Shown here: one piece after another, positions 48,504 through 60,626 of the stretch
Layout of the letters: each line of letters starts with the position of its first letter
Position numbering within the stretch: position 1 is the stretch's first letter
Source: Octopus sinensis
Lineage: Eukaryota
NCBI RefSeq assembly: GCF_006345805.1
Contig: NC_043016.1
Span: forward strand, 32,612,001-32,676,000
Reading direction: 5' to 3'
Length of the DNA: 64,000 bases
Notes under the pieces: model-generated
Database searches by the model: none
What the model saw: only the letters and a program-made list of their open reading frames with translations
What the model was told of the DNA's origin: nothing
Translations under genes and position numbers: made by a program

Positions 48504-51500
48504 TCACACACACATACACACACACTCACACACACACACACACACACACACACAAGAAAGATGACAAAGGAATAAATGATAATCTTATGAAATACAATAG
48601 CTTACAGCTGTTTCTACTACAGTGGAAAGATTAGACGAGTGTTTGAATAATGCATCATAGCTTCATCAGAGCCTTGAATATGAAGTACAATATATTTGGG
48701 GAAAAAAATGGTTGGCTTTTAAATGGGAAACCATGACCTGAATGGAAGATAATGGCAAGTAGAAGAAATGGACAAACTTGAAGCTAACCTTCACAAGAAC
48801 CATTTGGACAAATTTTCTTCTTTTTTTCACAAGTTTTTCCTTCAAAACCAGGCTGACAATGGCAGTAGAAATCTCCTCGCATATCATAACATGTAGAACC
48901 AGATCTGCAAGGGTTTTGTTGGCACAAATTGATAGCAATCTAGTAATAGAAATAAAGTAATATTGTATGAATTCATTTTGGTTTTTAAAGAATTTATATT
49001 TACAAAGAATAGCATTATTTGGTTTAGAAATAAAAAAAAAACAGAAGTAAATAATCAAAGACACTCATTACAACAGAAAAATATCCACAGATTCTAAAAT
49101 TATATCCTTAATCTTTACCATATTTCAATTGAAATACACTGCTTTTCATTTTAATTGATTTTGAAGATAAAGAATTTAATAAAATAACTTTCTTATTATC
49201 AAGTTGGAGTTTGGAACATAACATGATATTTTGATAGGTTTTTATCTAGATCACTTTAAGCCTTTTGTTACCATATTTGTTGAAATATCGTGTTATTATT
49301 TCAATTAATTATGAAAATAATGAAGAATTTTATAAATTAACTTTGTCATTATCAAGTTGGTGTTTGGAACATAAATTAAAGACAAAATTTTGATAGAAGG
49401 AACTTTTAACTTAGATGACTTTAAAACAAGGATGTTGTCTCATAGAAACAGAGCTGATCTCAAGCAGGTCGATATCAAAAGAGTTAATGATGAAGTGAAT
49501 TAGACAGATTTCTGTAATAATCTTTTTCAAGCAAATTCTTATCAATCTTCATTAGTTTAGATCCCTCTAATTTAAGATCCCCACAAGTCTCCAGCTCTCT
49601 CTTTCGTATTTTCCATTCTTCCTATTCTTCAATTTCTTCAATAAATCAAGATATGCCTCTTGTTGTGTCTACGGAGAGACATTATGCAAATATAATTAAC
49701 ACATGCACTGGTCCTGTTCAATAGGTTGCAGGTAGCAATGAAAGATTCTTTCACAAACAAAGACAAAACAAATTAAGTAATCAATTAGTTAGTTGGTTAT
49801 TTAACCAATTGACAAATGAAGGAATGAAACTGAACCAGTGTTTGTGTTAATTATATTGGCAAAATGGCTCCCCTTAGACACAATAAAATTTGTTTCAATA
49901 CATGAATTCAAATAACAGATCTTACAAACCAGATACAAAAATCAAGATGCTTTCTTTTAACAATTCATTGAGATCTTTATTGAACATTTCTGGTGAGGCT
50001 TGACACAAACTAAGATGAATGTCCATGAAACAACAACAGCTGCTGCCATGACCACCACCATCACTCATGGCTGAGCGCTTGTGTGTATAAAGGTACAAGA
50101 AGATTGTTTGTGAGTAGACTAGAGTTAGAAGATGGCACCTACCTGACACTGCAAACCAACATAGCCTGAGGGACACTCACACCTGAAGCCATCGTTAAGG
50201 TCGTGACATACACCTCCATTTAGACAAGGTAGGCTATGGCACCCATTTATCGCTGCATCACAGTGCCGCCCTGTAAAGCCTGGTCTGCACTGACAACGGT
50301 AATCATTCACAAGGTTCTACAAACAACAACAACGTTACACATATAGATACATATATACATTTATAAATACATATATACATACATACAGACATACAATTAG
50401 TGGCAATTGAATTTTTGCTTTTTGATTTTATATTGCAGATAGCCACCTAGCCACCTTCATTATCATATATAAATATATAGCTATCTATCTATATCTATCT
50501 ATATATATATATATATATATATATGTAAATGCAGCTTCAATAATGGACAGAGTCAACATCCATTGACAAGGATGCAAAAGTAATGAAAATTTTGGAAGAA
50601 AAAATATAATGAGTGGAAATGGAACCAGTGAGTGTGTTTTAAGCCATTAAGACAATATGACTCTCCCCAGATGCAACAAAATTTGTTTCAATGCATGAAT
50701 TTACATGAAGAATCTTGCAAACCAGATACAAAAACAATATATATATATATATATAAGCTGTCCTTCTTATCACTTTATGGTCAAACAGGAAATGTGGGAC
50801 CTGCTTCTATTTATTTACTTTTTTATTTTGTTTAGCCAGGTAAACTGGAACAAAGAGACTGACACTCATTCATGAAGGGTACATTAGAAGAGGTTTGAAC
50901 TCATGCCCATGTGGTCAACAGTCCAGCCCAATAAGCCTCACTGTTATTGATGCAATGAAGAAGCCACAATGCAGTTGCTTCTTGAACTGCTAGAAACAGC
51001 AGCAAAATCTCAACCTACTCTTGGATGCCCCTAGAAAAAAAAAACTCGACAGAATAGTCCCAGTTGGAAAGCCTTACATCATGCATGACTGTTTAGGTGA
51101 CCACCCTGAGTTAAACACCAATGACAGCCACAGTCACTGTGCTGAGCATTAAATATGAAACAAAAAATTTTTTAAATTTAAAAAATAAAAATGCCAAGAT
51201 GTAAACTCACAACGCATGTAGCACCATTGTGACACTGACCAACACAATCAATGATGTCTGCAAGAGAAGAAACAGTTGAGAGAATATTAGAAAGCTTATT
51301 CCATATGTGGTCATCTGGCCTAAAAGAGCAAGAAATGACAACGGAAGAGAATTTATCATTATCATCATCATCATCACAAGCAAAAAAAAAGAAAGAAAAA
51401 AGAAAAAAGCAAAACGAAAAAAAACAACTTAGATTTATTAGAAATATACTTTATAAGGTAACATTGGAAAATAATGGGAACTAATACATTGATTAATTTA

Positions 51501-53971
51501 CCACCAAAAATCTTAATTAGAAATGCAGATTAAATAATTAATTAAGATTCTGTTTTCACAAACAAGTATTTAAATACTTATGTATGTACAACTCCAGTGC
51601 ATAAGTACAACTGCTCTTTCTCTCTCTCTTTCATTCTCATAGTCAGCCCCTCTCCCTCCCTCCCTCTCTCTCTCTCACACTACACACACACATGTATACA
51701 AACACTCATGCACACACATACATACAGTCGCACACGCACAAACACACTCGCATGCACACATGCTCACACACACAAATAGACACGGACACATAAATATACT
51801 CACACACATGTACACACATGCAAGTACCCCCCCATACACACAAGTGTACAAAAAAAAAAAGGTTATTAGCTTTGGATAATACTCCTAAGATGAAACAGTC
51901 CAAGATGTATACTTACTCATATCACAGTTTTTCCCAGTCCAACCTGCCTGGCACTGACATTCATAGCTACCTTGAAGATTCCGACAGTAGATTGCATTCA
52001 CACAGGTGCTGTCTTTGCATTCATCGACATCTAGCTGGCACTGAGCCCCTTGCCAGCCAGGACGACAATGGCATTTGTATCCATTAACTTGATCTTCACA
52101 CCAGCCATTATTCATGCATGGGTTTGATGCACACTCGTCAATATCTGTTAATTTAGATTAATGCAATAAATATATTCATTTCTTTTTAAACTAAACACAA
52201 GGCCCACTCTTGGAGAAGAGGGATACAGCATATTACATATACACACACATCACATATATAATATGTATAATATATATATATACCGGAGTAAACACATAAA
52301 TGTGAAACAAGGTGGAAAAAAGAGTACTCAAATACCAGTGGTAGAGTAATATGCTTTATTTAAAGCAGCGTCCGACAAACGGGAACGTGAAACTCAGAGT
52401 AACAGGTTTTGTTGAATTTTCTGCTGCTTTAAATAATATATATATTATACATATTATATATATAATTATTCAAAATTATAATTTAGGGTATCTAAGAGAC
52501 ACCAGCACACTGGAAATAGCAGTCAAAACTTGACTCTAAAACCACATTAAATGTTCATACATCTTGCTAACTCCCTGTGATTACAGTAAATCCAAGGTCA
52601 AAACAAGGTTATTTCCCTTCGAGAATGTAACCTGCACTCCATACGTAATAACAAGCAAAACAACAATAACAATAACAACAAAGCATATTTAGTGATGAGA
52701 TGAAGTGAGTTCATAATATTATTTACATACCAGTTTCACACAAAGATCCAGTCCAGCCAGGAGCACAAATACAAGACACTCCATTTGCTGCAATTACACA
52801 TGTGCCACCATTTTCACATGGATTAGTTTCACAGTCACGATCAACTACAAGGAAACAGTAAGCAGATTAAAGTATGTTTATAGATTAAAAACACTCCAGA
52901 TTATCAAATCCACAAATCCAATGAGATATTAAATCTACCAAACAAATTGTCAAATCCATCCCATAAGTTGTTAAAGCCATTCATCCAACAGTAAGCAGAT
53001 TAAAGTGTGTTTATAGTTTAAAAACACTCCACAGATTATCAAATCCACAAATCCAGTGAGATATTAAATCTACCAAACAAATTGTCAAATCCATCCCATA
53101 AGTTGTTAAAGCCATTCATCCAACAAGCTGCCAAATCCAACCAGTAGTTATTAAATCCCTTATCCATTCCCAACAAATTATTGTCAAATCCACCTCCAAA
53201 AATTGTCAACTTTACACCTATAAGTTGTTAAATCTACCCCATCAAATTCATCCCACAAGTTGCTAAATCCACCCCTCTAACAAGTTAAATCCATTCTACA
53301 AGTGTTAATCCACCCCTTCAAGTTACAGTAAATTTATCCAATGTGATTTAGCTCAAACTGAAAGCATATGTCATAATTTTTCTATTTCCGTATATTTATA
53401 GTCAGAAGAGAAACAATAGCAAACTCTGGTCCCTTTTCAGGGTCCCCAAAACTTGTCGAAAGAAGTTATTCTCAAACTGAAAATCTAGACTAAAAATGTT
53501 TACAGCAGAGCAGACCCAGTCAAAGACACCAAAGAACCAGGTGCTGATGGTGCAAAATCAGTCATCAGCTTCAGTTTCTCAGTCCCAGAACAAGAATGGT
53601 TCCTCTGAGTGCCTAAGGTGCTGAATATCGCTTGCCAGACCATAGCTGACTTAAAGCTATGGTAGCTTTTCCCAAGGTGCCACACAGTTGATTTGAACTT
53701 GGAAAGACGTAGTTGTGAAGTAAATCTTCATAACAACACAGCCATGAACCAGTATTGAAGAATTTCATAAATATTTGAAAATACAAATATATATATAGGC
53801 GTAGGAGTGGCTGTGTAGTAAGTAGCTTGCTTACCAACCACATGGTTCTGGGTTTAGTCCCCACTGTGTGGCACCTTGAGCAAGTGTCTTCAACTATAGC
53901 CTCGGGCTGACCAAAGCCTTGTGAGTAGATTTGGTAGACGGAAACTGAAAGAAGCCTGTCGTATATATGTA

Positions 53972-54027
<56 letters not shown>

Positions 54028-54208
54028 GTGAATTGAAGAAATGGAGTTGAACGAAGATTGAACAGAAATCGTTTTATTGCATTCTACATGTGTTTCGAAA
54101 GGCACAATTTACCAAATTCCGATTGAATAAGGAGACCATATTGTGTCTTTCTCTTCAGGAAGAAACTTTTGATTAATCTGCAACAAGATTATTCATCTTT
54201 CTATTTCA

Positions 54209-54252
<44 letters not shown>

Positions 54253-55220
54253 GTGTGTGTTTGTCCCCGACCCCAACATCGCTTGACAACCGATGCTGGT
54301 GTGTTTATATTCCCGTAAGTTAGCAGTTCAGCATAAGAGACTAGGCTTATAAAGAATAAGTCCTGGGGTCAATTTGCTCGACTAAAGGCGGTGCTCCAGC
54401 ATGGCCACAGTCAAATGACTGAAACAAGTAAAAGAGTAAAAGAGAGTAATATATATAGCTGCTATTTCTAGTACTTTAAGCAACAATATAGATGCCACAC
54501 TTGTTTTGATTAAATATGTAATTATTAAATACGTATCAATTAGATATGCATTAATTAGAATGTACTGGTCTGACAGATGCCAACATGGAAAATGGACATT
54601 AATGGATGCTGATGCTGATGATGATGCTGATGATGCAATAATTCCTGATAGTAGCACAAGGCTGCACATTTTTAGACAAATATAATCTGAGACTGAATAG
54701 AGGCTCTCTTCTAGCACTGCTGCTGCTGCTAATTTTACGGATGCCTAGTAGGGAGTAGGGAAGAATGAAAGGGAAACACACCCCTAGTAATATTTGGACT
54801 TGGAATGTTGAGAGAGGAAAATAAATGCTAGTACATGCGTAATTTGACACAGCGTTTTTCTGCAACTCTAAATGAATTCATTAGACACACTAACGAGTAA
54901 AACTTACATCAAGGGAGACACTAATTACAAATATTGTAATTGCTTACTTTGATAATATTTAAGACATTTATTCAGTTTTTTTTTCCCTTTTACTTTTTCT
55001 TGTTTCACTCATTATTAGACTGTGGCCATGTTGGAGCACGTCCTTGAAGAATCTTTAGTTGAATGAACTGACCCCCAATACTTATTATTTTTCTCTAAAA
55101 GCCAGGTACTTATTCTATCATTCACTTTGCTGAACTGCTAAGTTACAGGGATGTAAACACACCAGCACTGGTTGTCAAGCAGTGATGGCAGAAAACACAG
55201 GCACAAAGATACACACACAC

Positions 55221-55273
<53 letters not shown>

Positions 55274-55276
55274 TAC

Positions 55277-55335
<59 letters not shown>

Positions 55336-56891
55336 ATGGGCTTCTCTTAGTTTCCATCTACTAAATCTACTCAAAAGGCTTTGGTTGGCCTGAGGTTATA
55401 GAAGAAGACACTTGCCCAAGGTGACACACAACAGGACTGAACCTGGAACCATGCAGTTGGGAAACAAATTTCTTACCACACAGACATGACTGCATCTATA
55501 GACAGTCAGGAAAAAAAAAAATTCTGAAGAGATGGACAAGGGAATGCGTAAGACTAATTGCCTTGTTACTTCAGCAAATTACAGGTATTTCTTTTATCAG
55601 TTAATTGAAGAGAGAAAAAAAAAAAGAGAGAGAGAGAGACACACACAAACAGTTGTCAGACAGAGTGAAAGCAAAGTAGACATCAATAGAACAGCAAGGG
55701 CCAGAAATTAAAAAAAAAAACAAAAGCAAAACCTTGAAGTTGAACATCATCAATAACAACATTTTAACTACCACTTCTCAATATTTGGATGGCTCAGAGA
55801 AAATTCAGTGTGACAGATTATCTACAGCTGGATGCCCTTCCTGTCACCAACCTGAGCAAGATAATATTTTCTTATGACTAGACGGTGTTTCCTAGGGCTA
55901 AATAACAGTAGCATTCTTCTAAAAAAATAAGTAAAGTAAAAACTGTTGATTTTTAGAATAACATGGTGTTAGATGTAAGACAATAGGACTATGTAAGAGA
56001 TATAGAGACTACATGAGCAACATGTGGGCAGAGCACAATATTGCAGAGCTAAAGAGGAACTAGTCTACATGTTAACTTCCAAGTATTTTTTTTTAATATT
56101 TCCCATCTTCTAAGAATTTATTTTAAGAACAGTATCAATTATTACGTGGCATACAATTTATCAAATTTTCCCCTACATGTGTGTGCATATATATATATAT
56201 ATATATATGAGCATCCTGACAAACAAAATCTTAAATAGGAGAGAGGGGGAAATGCCACCCATGGGCCACCAAGGAACCCTACAGATACCAAGCCCTCCCT
56301 ATTCACCAAGAGTAACACAACAAGTACTCTTCTCTCCTCCATGCTTCTCAGCCATCAGGTGCCAACTTAGAGTAGGTCTGCTCCCTTTCAACAAATTTTC
56401 TGAGGAACAGCACATCCCTGTCAATCAACATCTTTTTCAAATAGAATTTTTTAAAAATTCAACGATGTTCTAAGAGAAGATGCTTGTTGCATCACTCATA
56501 AGTTTGTTGGTTCATATGTTTCAGAGTTGGTTATTTTTGTAATTTTTGTTATAATTCGTTAAAAACCACCAGAACATATAGGGCTGGCTAGTTTGTTTGT
56601 TGTTCCCATCTCAGAGGTGTAAATTTAAAATCATATAACATACAGAAAATAGCATTACTAAAGCACCACACAGATCTTGTGTTAAGTATTTTCAATACTG
56701 CAAAAATAACAACACCAAAACAAACCACAGCACATACCCAAGGCACACAGAGCTGCACTCGGTAGTGCAATGAAAGCATGTGATAAAAATAAGATTACTG
56801 GATCATCATCATTGTTTAACATCCACTTTCCATGCTAGGATGGGTTGAACGAATTGACTGAGGACTGGCGAACCAGATGGCTGCACCGATG

Positions 56892-56943
<52 letters not shown>

Positions 56944-57213
56944 TGATAATAATAATAATAATCCTTCTTTTTACTATAGGTACAAGGCCTGAAATTTGTG
57001 GGGCAGGGGACTAGAAGATTACATTGACCCCAAGTGTTTCACTGGTACTCAATTTACTGACCCTGAAAGAATGAAAGGCAAAGTTGACCTCTGCAGAATT
57101 TGAACTCAGAACGTAAAACCGGACAAAATACTGCTAAGCATTTTTCCCAGCATGCTAATGATTCTGCCAGGTTGCCGCCTTAATAATTATAATAAATAAT
57201 AATAATAATAATA

Positions 57214-57244
<31 letters not shown>

Positions 57245-57251
57245 CATCATC

Positions 57252-57285
<34 letters not shown>

Positions 57286-57517
57286 TAAGAAGAAGAAGAA
57301 GAAGAAGAAGAAAAAGAAGAAGAAGAAGAAGAGGAAGAAGGAATAATAATAAAGAAAGAATAATAATGAAATGTAAATTGACAAACCTTTATTACAGAGA
57401 AGTCCCCCCCAATTCCTAGCACAGTTACATTCCCAAGGTTCTCTACAGGTGCCGTGCATACAGCCTGGATAAAGACTGCATTGATCACAAAGTGGTCCTT
57501 GCCAACCATCTGTACAA
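30543..57517 (-). CDS. Ser/Jag: Jagged/Serrate-family Notch ligand (EGF1-end through the juxtamembrane ectodomain; 17 exons; apparent lesions)
   Basis: Colinear with the JAG1 ectodomain, including the interrupted EGF (VIDQCT...SNICGKHG), the vWC/cysteine-rich region (VWCGP) and the juxtamembrane region; all boundaries are GT-AG. Confidence 0.97.
31518..31649 (-). CDS. Ser/Jag: Jagged exon (exon 24 equivalent), 132 bp
   Basis: [44 protein letters not shown]. Confidence 0.9.
32567..32833 (-). CDS. Ser/Jag: Jagged exon (exon 23 equivalent), 267 bp
   Basis: [12 protein letters not shown]...[12 protein letters not shown]...[17 protein letters not shown]. Confidence 0.95.
33705..33975 (-). mobile_element. 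CR1-type LINE 3' fragment; second copy at 60815-60980
   Basis: [10 protein letters not shown]...[14 protein letters not shown] is a typical CR1 C-terminus. Confidence 0.85.
34258..34382 (-). CDS. Ser/Jag: Jagged exon (exon 22 equivalent), 125 bp, start of the vWC-like domain
   Basis: [42 protein letters not shown]. Confidence 0.93.
34495..34740. mobile_element. Small TIR element (MITE-like, degenerate TTAACCCTTT-type ends); fragments at 30090-30245 and 44560-44655
   Basis: TTAGCCTTTAGCATTTA ... TAAATGCTAAAGGATTGA imperfect inverted ends. Confidence 0.55.
34803..34916 (-). CDS. Ser/Jag: Jagged exon (exon 21 equivalent), 114 bp, with a Cys-to-Ser change
   Basis: (N)[37 protein letters not shown]. 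Confidence 0.93.
35088..37560 (+). mobile_element. Penelope-like element (RT, Cys linker and GIY-YIG), 5'-truncated, intronic and antisense to Jagged
   Basis: [67 protein letters not shown]; frameshift in a (TC)n run near 36200; pyrimidine-rich tail. Confidence 0.95.
38652..38960. repeat. Foldback element with a deleted centre (same family as 47133-47500)
   Basis: Arms 38652-38776 and 38784-38901, plus the shared ATCTGTTTCAACACACG tail. Confidence 0.85.
39190..39980. repeat. Degenerate ~170 bp sub-repeat family (also 49100-49490), probably a non-autonomous DNA element, with SINE insertions
   Basis: Recurrent GAACATAAATT..CATGAAATTTT...TTTAGATCACTTT; ends resemble AAAAGGGTTTTAA / AAAAGAGTTAA. 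Confidence 0.55.
40357..40442 (-). CDS. Ser/Jag: Jagged exon (exon 20 equivalent), 86 bp
   Basis: [28 protein letters not shown]. Confidence 0.95.
40880..41463. repeat. Unclassified interspersed-repeat-like block between (AAT)n runs
   Basis: Higher-GC non-coding block bounded by microsatellites; only weak support without a repeat library. Confidence 0.3.
41537..41681 (-). CDS. Ser/Jag: Jagged exon (exons 18+19 equivalent), 145 bp
   Basis: [49 protein letters not shown]. Confidence 0.95.
43656..43767 (-). CDS. Ser/Jag: Jagged exon (exon 17 equivalent), 112 bp, frameshifted (-2)
   Basis: KVSL[-2][34 protein letters not shown]. Confidence 0.9.
45188..45299 (-). CDS. Ser/Jag: Jagged exon (exon 16 equivalent), 112 bp, frameshifted (-2)
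   Basis: [26 protein letters not shown][-2][11 protein letters not shown]. Confidence 0.9.
46518..46631 (-). CDS. Ser/Jag: Jagged exon (exon 15 equivalent), 114 bp
   Basis: (N)[37 protein letters not shown]. Confidence 0.93.
47133..47500. repeat. Foldback element with 150 bp arms and a 5 nt loop
   Basis: 47133-47282 is the reverse complement of 47288-47437 (loop TGCGG), followed by a unique tail. Confidence 0.9.
48154..48318 (-). CDS. Ser/Jag: Jagged exon (exon 14 equivalent), 165 bp
   Basis: [55 protein letters not shown]. Confidence 0.95.
48789..48939 (-). CDS. Ser/Jag: Jagged exon (exon 13 equivalent), 151 bp
   Basis: [50 protein letters not shown]. Confidence 0.93.
50143..50316 (-). 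CDS. Ser/Jag: Jagged exon (exon 12 equivalent), 174 bp
   Basis: [58 protein letters not shown]. Confidence 0.95.
51211..51257 (-). CDS. Ser/Jag: Jagged exon (exon 11 equivalent), 47 bp
   Basis: (N)[15 protein letters not shown]. Confidence 0.9.
51917..52144 (-). CDS. Ser/Jag: Jagged exon (exons 9+10 equivalent), 228 bp
   Basis: [27 protein letters not shown]...[38 protein letters not shown]. Confidence 0.95.
52731..52844 (-). CDS. Ser/Jag: Jagged exon (exon 8 equivalent), 114 bp
   Basis: (V)[37 protein letters not shown]. Confidence 0.93.
52858..53125. repeat. 133-135 bp tandem duplication followed by degenerate AAATCC-rich repeats to about 53340
   Basis: GTAAGCAGATTAAAG at 52858 and 52991. 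Confidence 0.85.
53798..54445 (+). mobile_element. SINE family 2 with a LINE-like 3' tail; copies near 44720-45160(+), 44290-44530(-), 55000-55500(-), 31300-31500(+)
   Basis: tRNA-like head, a GGCACCTTG.GCAAGTGT core, an internal microsatellite and the tail GGCGGTGCTCCAGCATGGCCACAGTCAAATGACTGAAAC. Confidence 0.85.
54081..54163 (-). ncRNA. Type I hammerhead ribozyme motif (intact core, intronic, Jagged-sense)
   Basis: CUGAAGA; stem II GAAAGACACAAU/AUUGUGCCUUUC (11 of 12 paired); GAAA; stem III AC-ACAU-GU; GUA triplet; short stem I (UUC/GAA). Confidence 0.75.
57180..57365. repeat. (AAT)n/(GAA)n microsatellite at the donor side of the 131 bp exon
   Basis: Direct inspection. Confidence 0.9.
57387..57517 (-). 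CDS. Ser/Jag: Jagged exon (JAG1 exon 6 equivalent), 131 bp
   Basis: [43 protein letters not shown]. Confidence 0.95.
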
Positions 57518-57936
57518 CTGCAAAGAGAAATAAATAAATGCATGAATACATAAATAAATAACACAAACAAAGAATAAAAAAATTGAATTTTAAAAAAAAT
57601 TCTCAAACATAAACTTTAAAACAGGTATAAATTTTTTATGTATATATATAGATACATACATACACTTGTAGATATGTATTTGCTTGCGTGTGTGTGTGTT
57701 GTTAGCAACAGAAGCTTAATTAGTTCAGAATAGCATTCTATATACATGGATATGTTGTAGAAAGCCACAGCACTGTGCTGTTCATATTGAGGAAAGACAT
57801 CATATAGCCATATAGTGCTAAGAAAGCAATATATACGTAATGTACATAAATCTCTGTCGATTCACCAGAAGTGATAAAATACAGGATTCAATACACAAGT
57901 AAAGTATTCTTTAATAATGTGTATGGATGAGGATGT

Positions 57937-58208
57937 GGAGGCACATGGCCTAGTGGTTAGAGCAGCGGACTCACGGTTGAGGGATCATGGGTTCAAATCT
58001 CGGACTGGGCGATGTGAGTGTTTAAGGCAGAAGGTAATGGTGAATTTCTGCTGACTCTTTTGCCACAGCTTTCTCTCACTCTTTCTTCCTGCATCTTGCA
58101 GCTCACCTGCGATGGACTGGCGTCCCGTCCAGGTGGGGAACCTATATGCCAAGGAAACTGGGAAACTGGCCCTTATGAGCCAGGCGTGGCTCGAGAAGGA
58201 ACAAACAA
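57937..58208 (+). mobile_element. tRNA-derived SINE family 3; copy at 41925-42230(-)
   Basis: TGGCCTAGTGGTTAG A box, GGTTCAAATC B box and shared CCGTCCAGGTGGGGAACCTATA / CCTTATGAGCCAGG. Confidence 0.8.
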
Positions 58209-59357
58209 TGGATGAGGATAGTTGCATAAAGAAGTGCTGAGCTCTAATTGTGGAGAGTAACCCAGGAAGATGTGGGATAAAGTGGTGAGAAAGGATCTTC
58301 AAATGCTGGGCCTCATTGAGGAAATGACAAGGGACTGGGAGATGTGATGATTTGCTGTACTTGATAAGACAAGTCAAGCTAAGCAGAATTGCTGTCTTCT
58401 ACACATTCAAGCTTGTCCTTTCAGGTGCTGGTGCCACTTGTAAAGCACCTGTGCCAGTACTGTGTAAATGCAACTGTACAGGTGGCACATAAAAAGCATC
58501 CAGTACACTCTGTTAAGTGATTGGCATTAGGAAGGGCATCCAGCCATAGGAACCATGTCACAACAGACAATTGGAGTCTGGACAGCTTGACTGGCCAGCT
58601 CCATTTCAAAACATCCAATCCATAGCCAGCATGGGAAATGGACATTAAACAATGATGATAATGACAACTAAGATAACTGAAAGGCTCTAATTTCCTGTAC
58701 TCAGTTATTCATTTCCAATCATCAGCTGGTAAATTGACCCTGTTTTCTTATGAATGGTGAAGCTTTTGTTTACAATCAAAGCACCATCACATGAGTACTG
58801 TGGCCATGGTGGGTGGGGCACCACCTTCAAGGGTTTTGTTAATCAATCTGTAATGGCACTTATTACAGATTGGCATTTGATTGATCGTAATTTGTTGAAC
58901 CAAAGTTATGGACTTGGCAAAACACAACATAAACAACTAGAATAAACGCAAACATGCAAAAATGCACACACACACACACACACATAGAGTTTGACCTAAA
59001 GCTATGATGAAAGATATTTGCTCAAGTGAAATAGAATGGAGCCAAATTTAGGAAATAGTGGTTCTGAGACTAATTTTTTAACTTGACAACCAAAATTTCA
59101 GGTTTTCTGCCTATAGAAGAAATTATTATCATTATTTCTATTTAAGGCAGTAGGCTGGCAGAATTGTTAGCATGCTGGCTAAAATACTTAGTGCTGTTTT
59201 GTCTGCTGCTACATTCTGAGTTCAAATTCTGCCAAGGTCAACTTTGCCTTTCATCCTTTTGAGGCTGATAAATTAGGTACCAGTTGCATACTGGGATCAA
59301 TGTAATCGACAGGACCCCTCCTCCTAAATTTCAGGCCTTGTGTCTACAGCAGAAAGA

Positions 59358-59396
<39 letters not shown>

Positions 59397-60571
59397 ATTA
59401 TTATTATTAAGGGGCTAGCGTCGCTGTTTGGTGAAGAAGTTTGCTCTCTAATGGCATGGTACTCGGTTCAGTCCCATTGTGTGGCACCTACGGCAAGTAT
59501 TTTCTACTAAATAACCCTGGTCCAGCCAGTTCATGTTAGAGTATTTGGGAGTTGGAAATTAAAAGCTCATCATAATCAACATCATCATCATCATTATCAT
59601 CAATATCATTTAACATCCATTGGAGAACTACACCATGCTCTAATGTCTGCTATGGCTGGATCCCCCCCCCCCGCCCCAACAGCAATCACTTTATAGAGGG
59701 TACCAGTGTCATAGAGGGTACTGGTGAGGTTGCAATGTAACTCACAAGATGAAAGGGAGAGCACTTTACATTAAGCTGGCAGAATTGTTAGCACGTCGAG
59801 CAAAATGCTTAATTCCACTGAGGTCTACTCAGCCTTTCATTCTTTCGGAGTCAATAAAATAAGGACCAGTTGAATGCTGGAAGGTCAGTGTTATATCAAC
59901 TTACACTCCTTGTCTGAAACTGCCGGCCTTGTGCCAAAATTTCATATCAATATTGTATACATACATATTGTAAAAAGCATCCAGCCCACACTGTGAAGTG
60001 GTTGGCATTTGGAAGGGCATCCAGCTGTAAAAAAAAAACATGCCAGAACTGACCTCACATGCATTGGTGGCACATAAAAAACTCTCAATCCACTCTGTAG
60101 GGTGGTTGATGTTAGGAAGGGTATCCAGCCATAGAAACCATGCCAAAATGGATACAGTAGTCTGGGGCAATGTTCTACCTGGCTGGCTCCTGTCAAACCG
60201 TCCAACCCATGCCAGCATAGAATGTGGATATTAAACGATGATGACGATGATGATGACATATCATATACACATATGTATGTGTGCATGTATGCATAGATGT
60301 ATGTATATATGTTTTTGTCACCCTGTTTTAATGTGTGCTAATTCTAAGCAAGAAACAGCATTCATACATATTTGATATCATTTGCTTTTGATTTTCTGGG
60401 GGAAAAAAAAACTCCATGTGCTGGGAAATATTCCCCTTGTTTGGAAAATAAGTGAGGGTTAGTAACAGTAAGAGCATCCAGTCAGGGAAGGAAAATCTGC
60501 TTCAATAAAGCTTTGTTCGGCCCATGCAAGTGTGAGGAAAGGGATTTAAAGACAATGATGAGATAATGACA

Positions 60572-60610
<39 letters not shown>

Positions 60611-60626
60611 GTAATGATGACACTTA

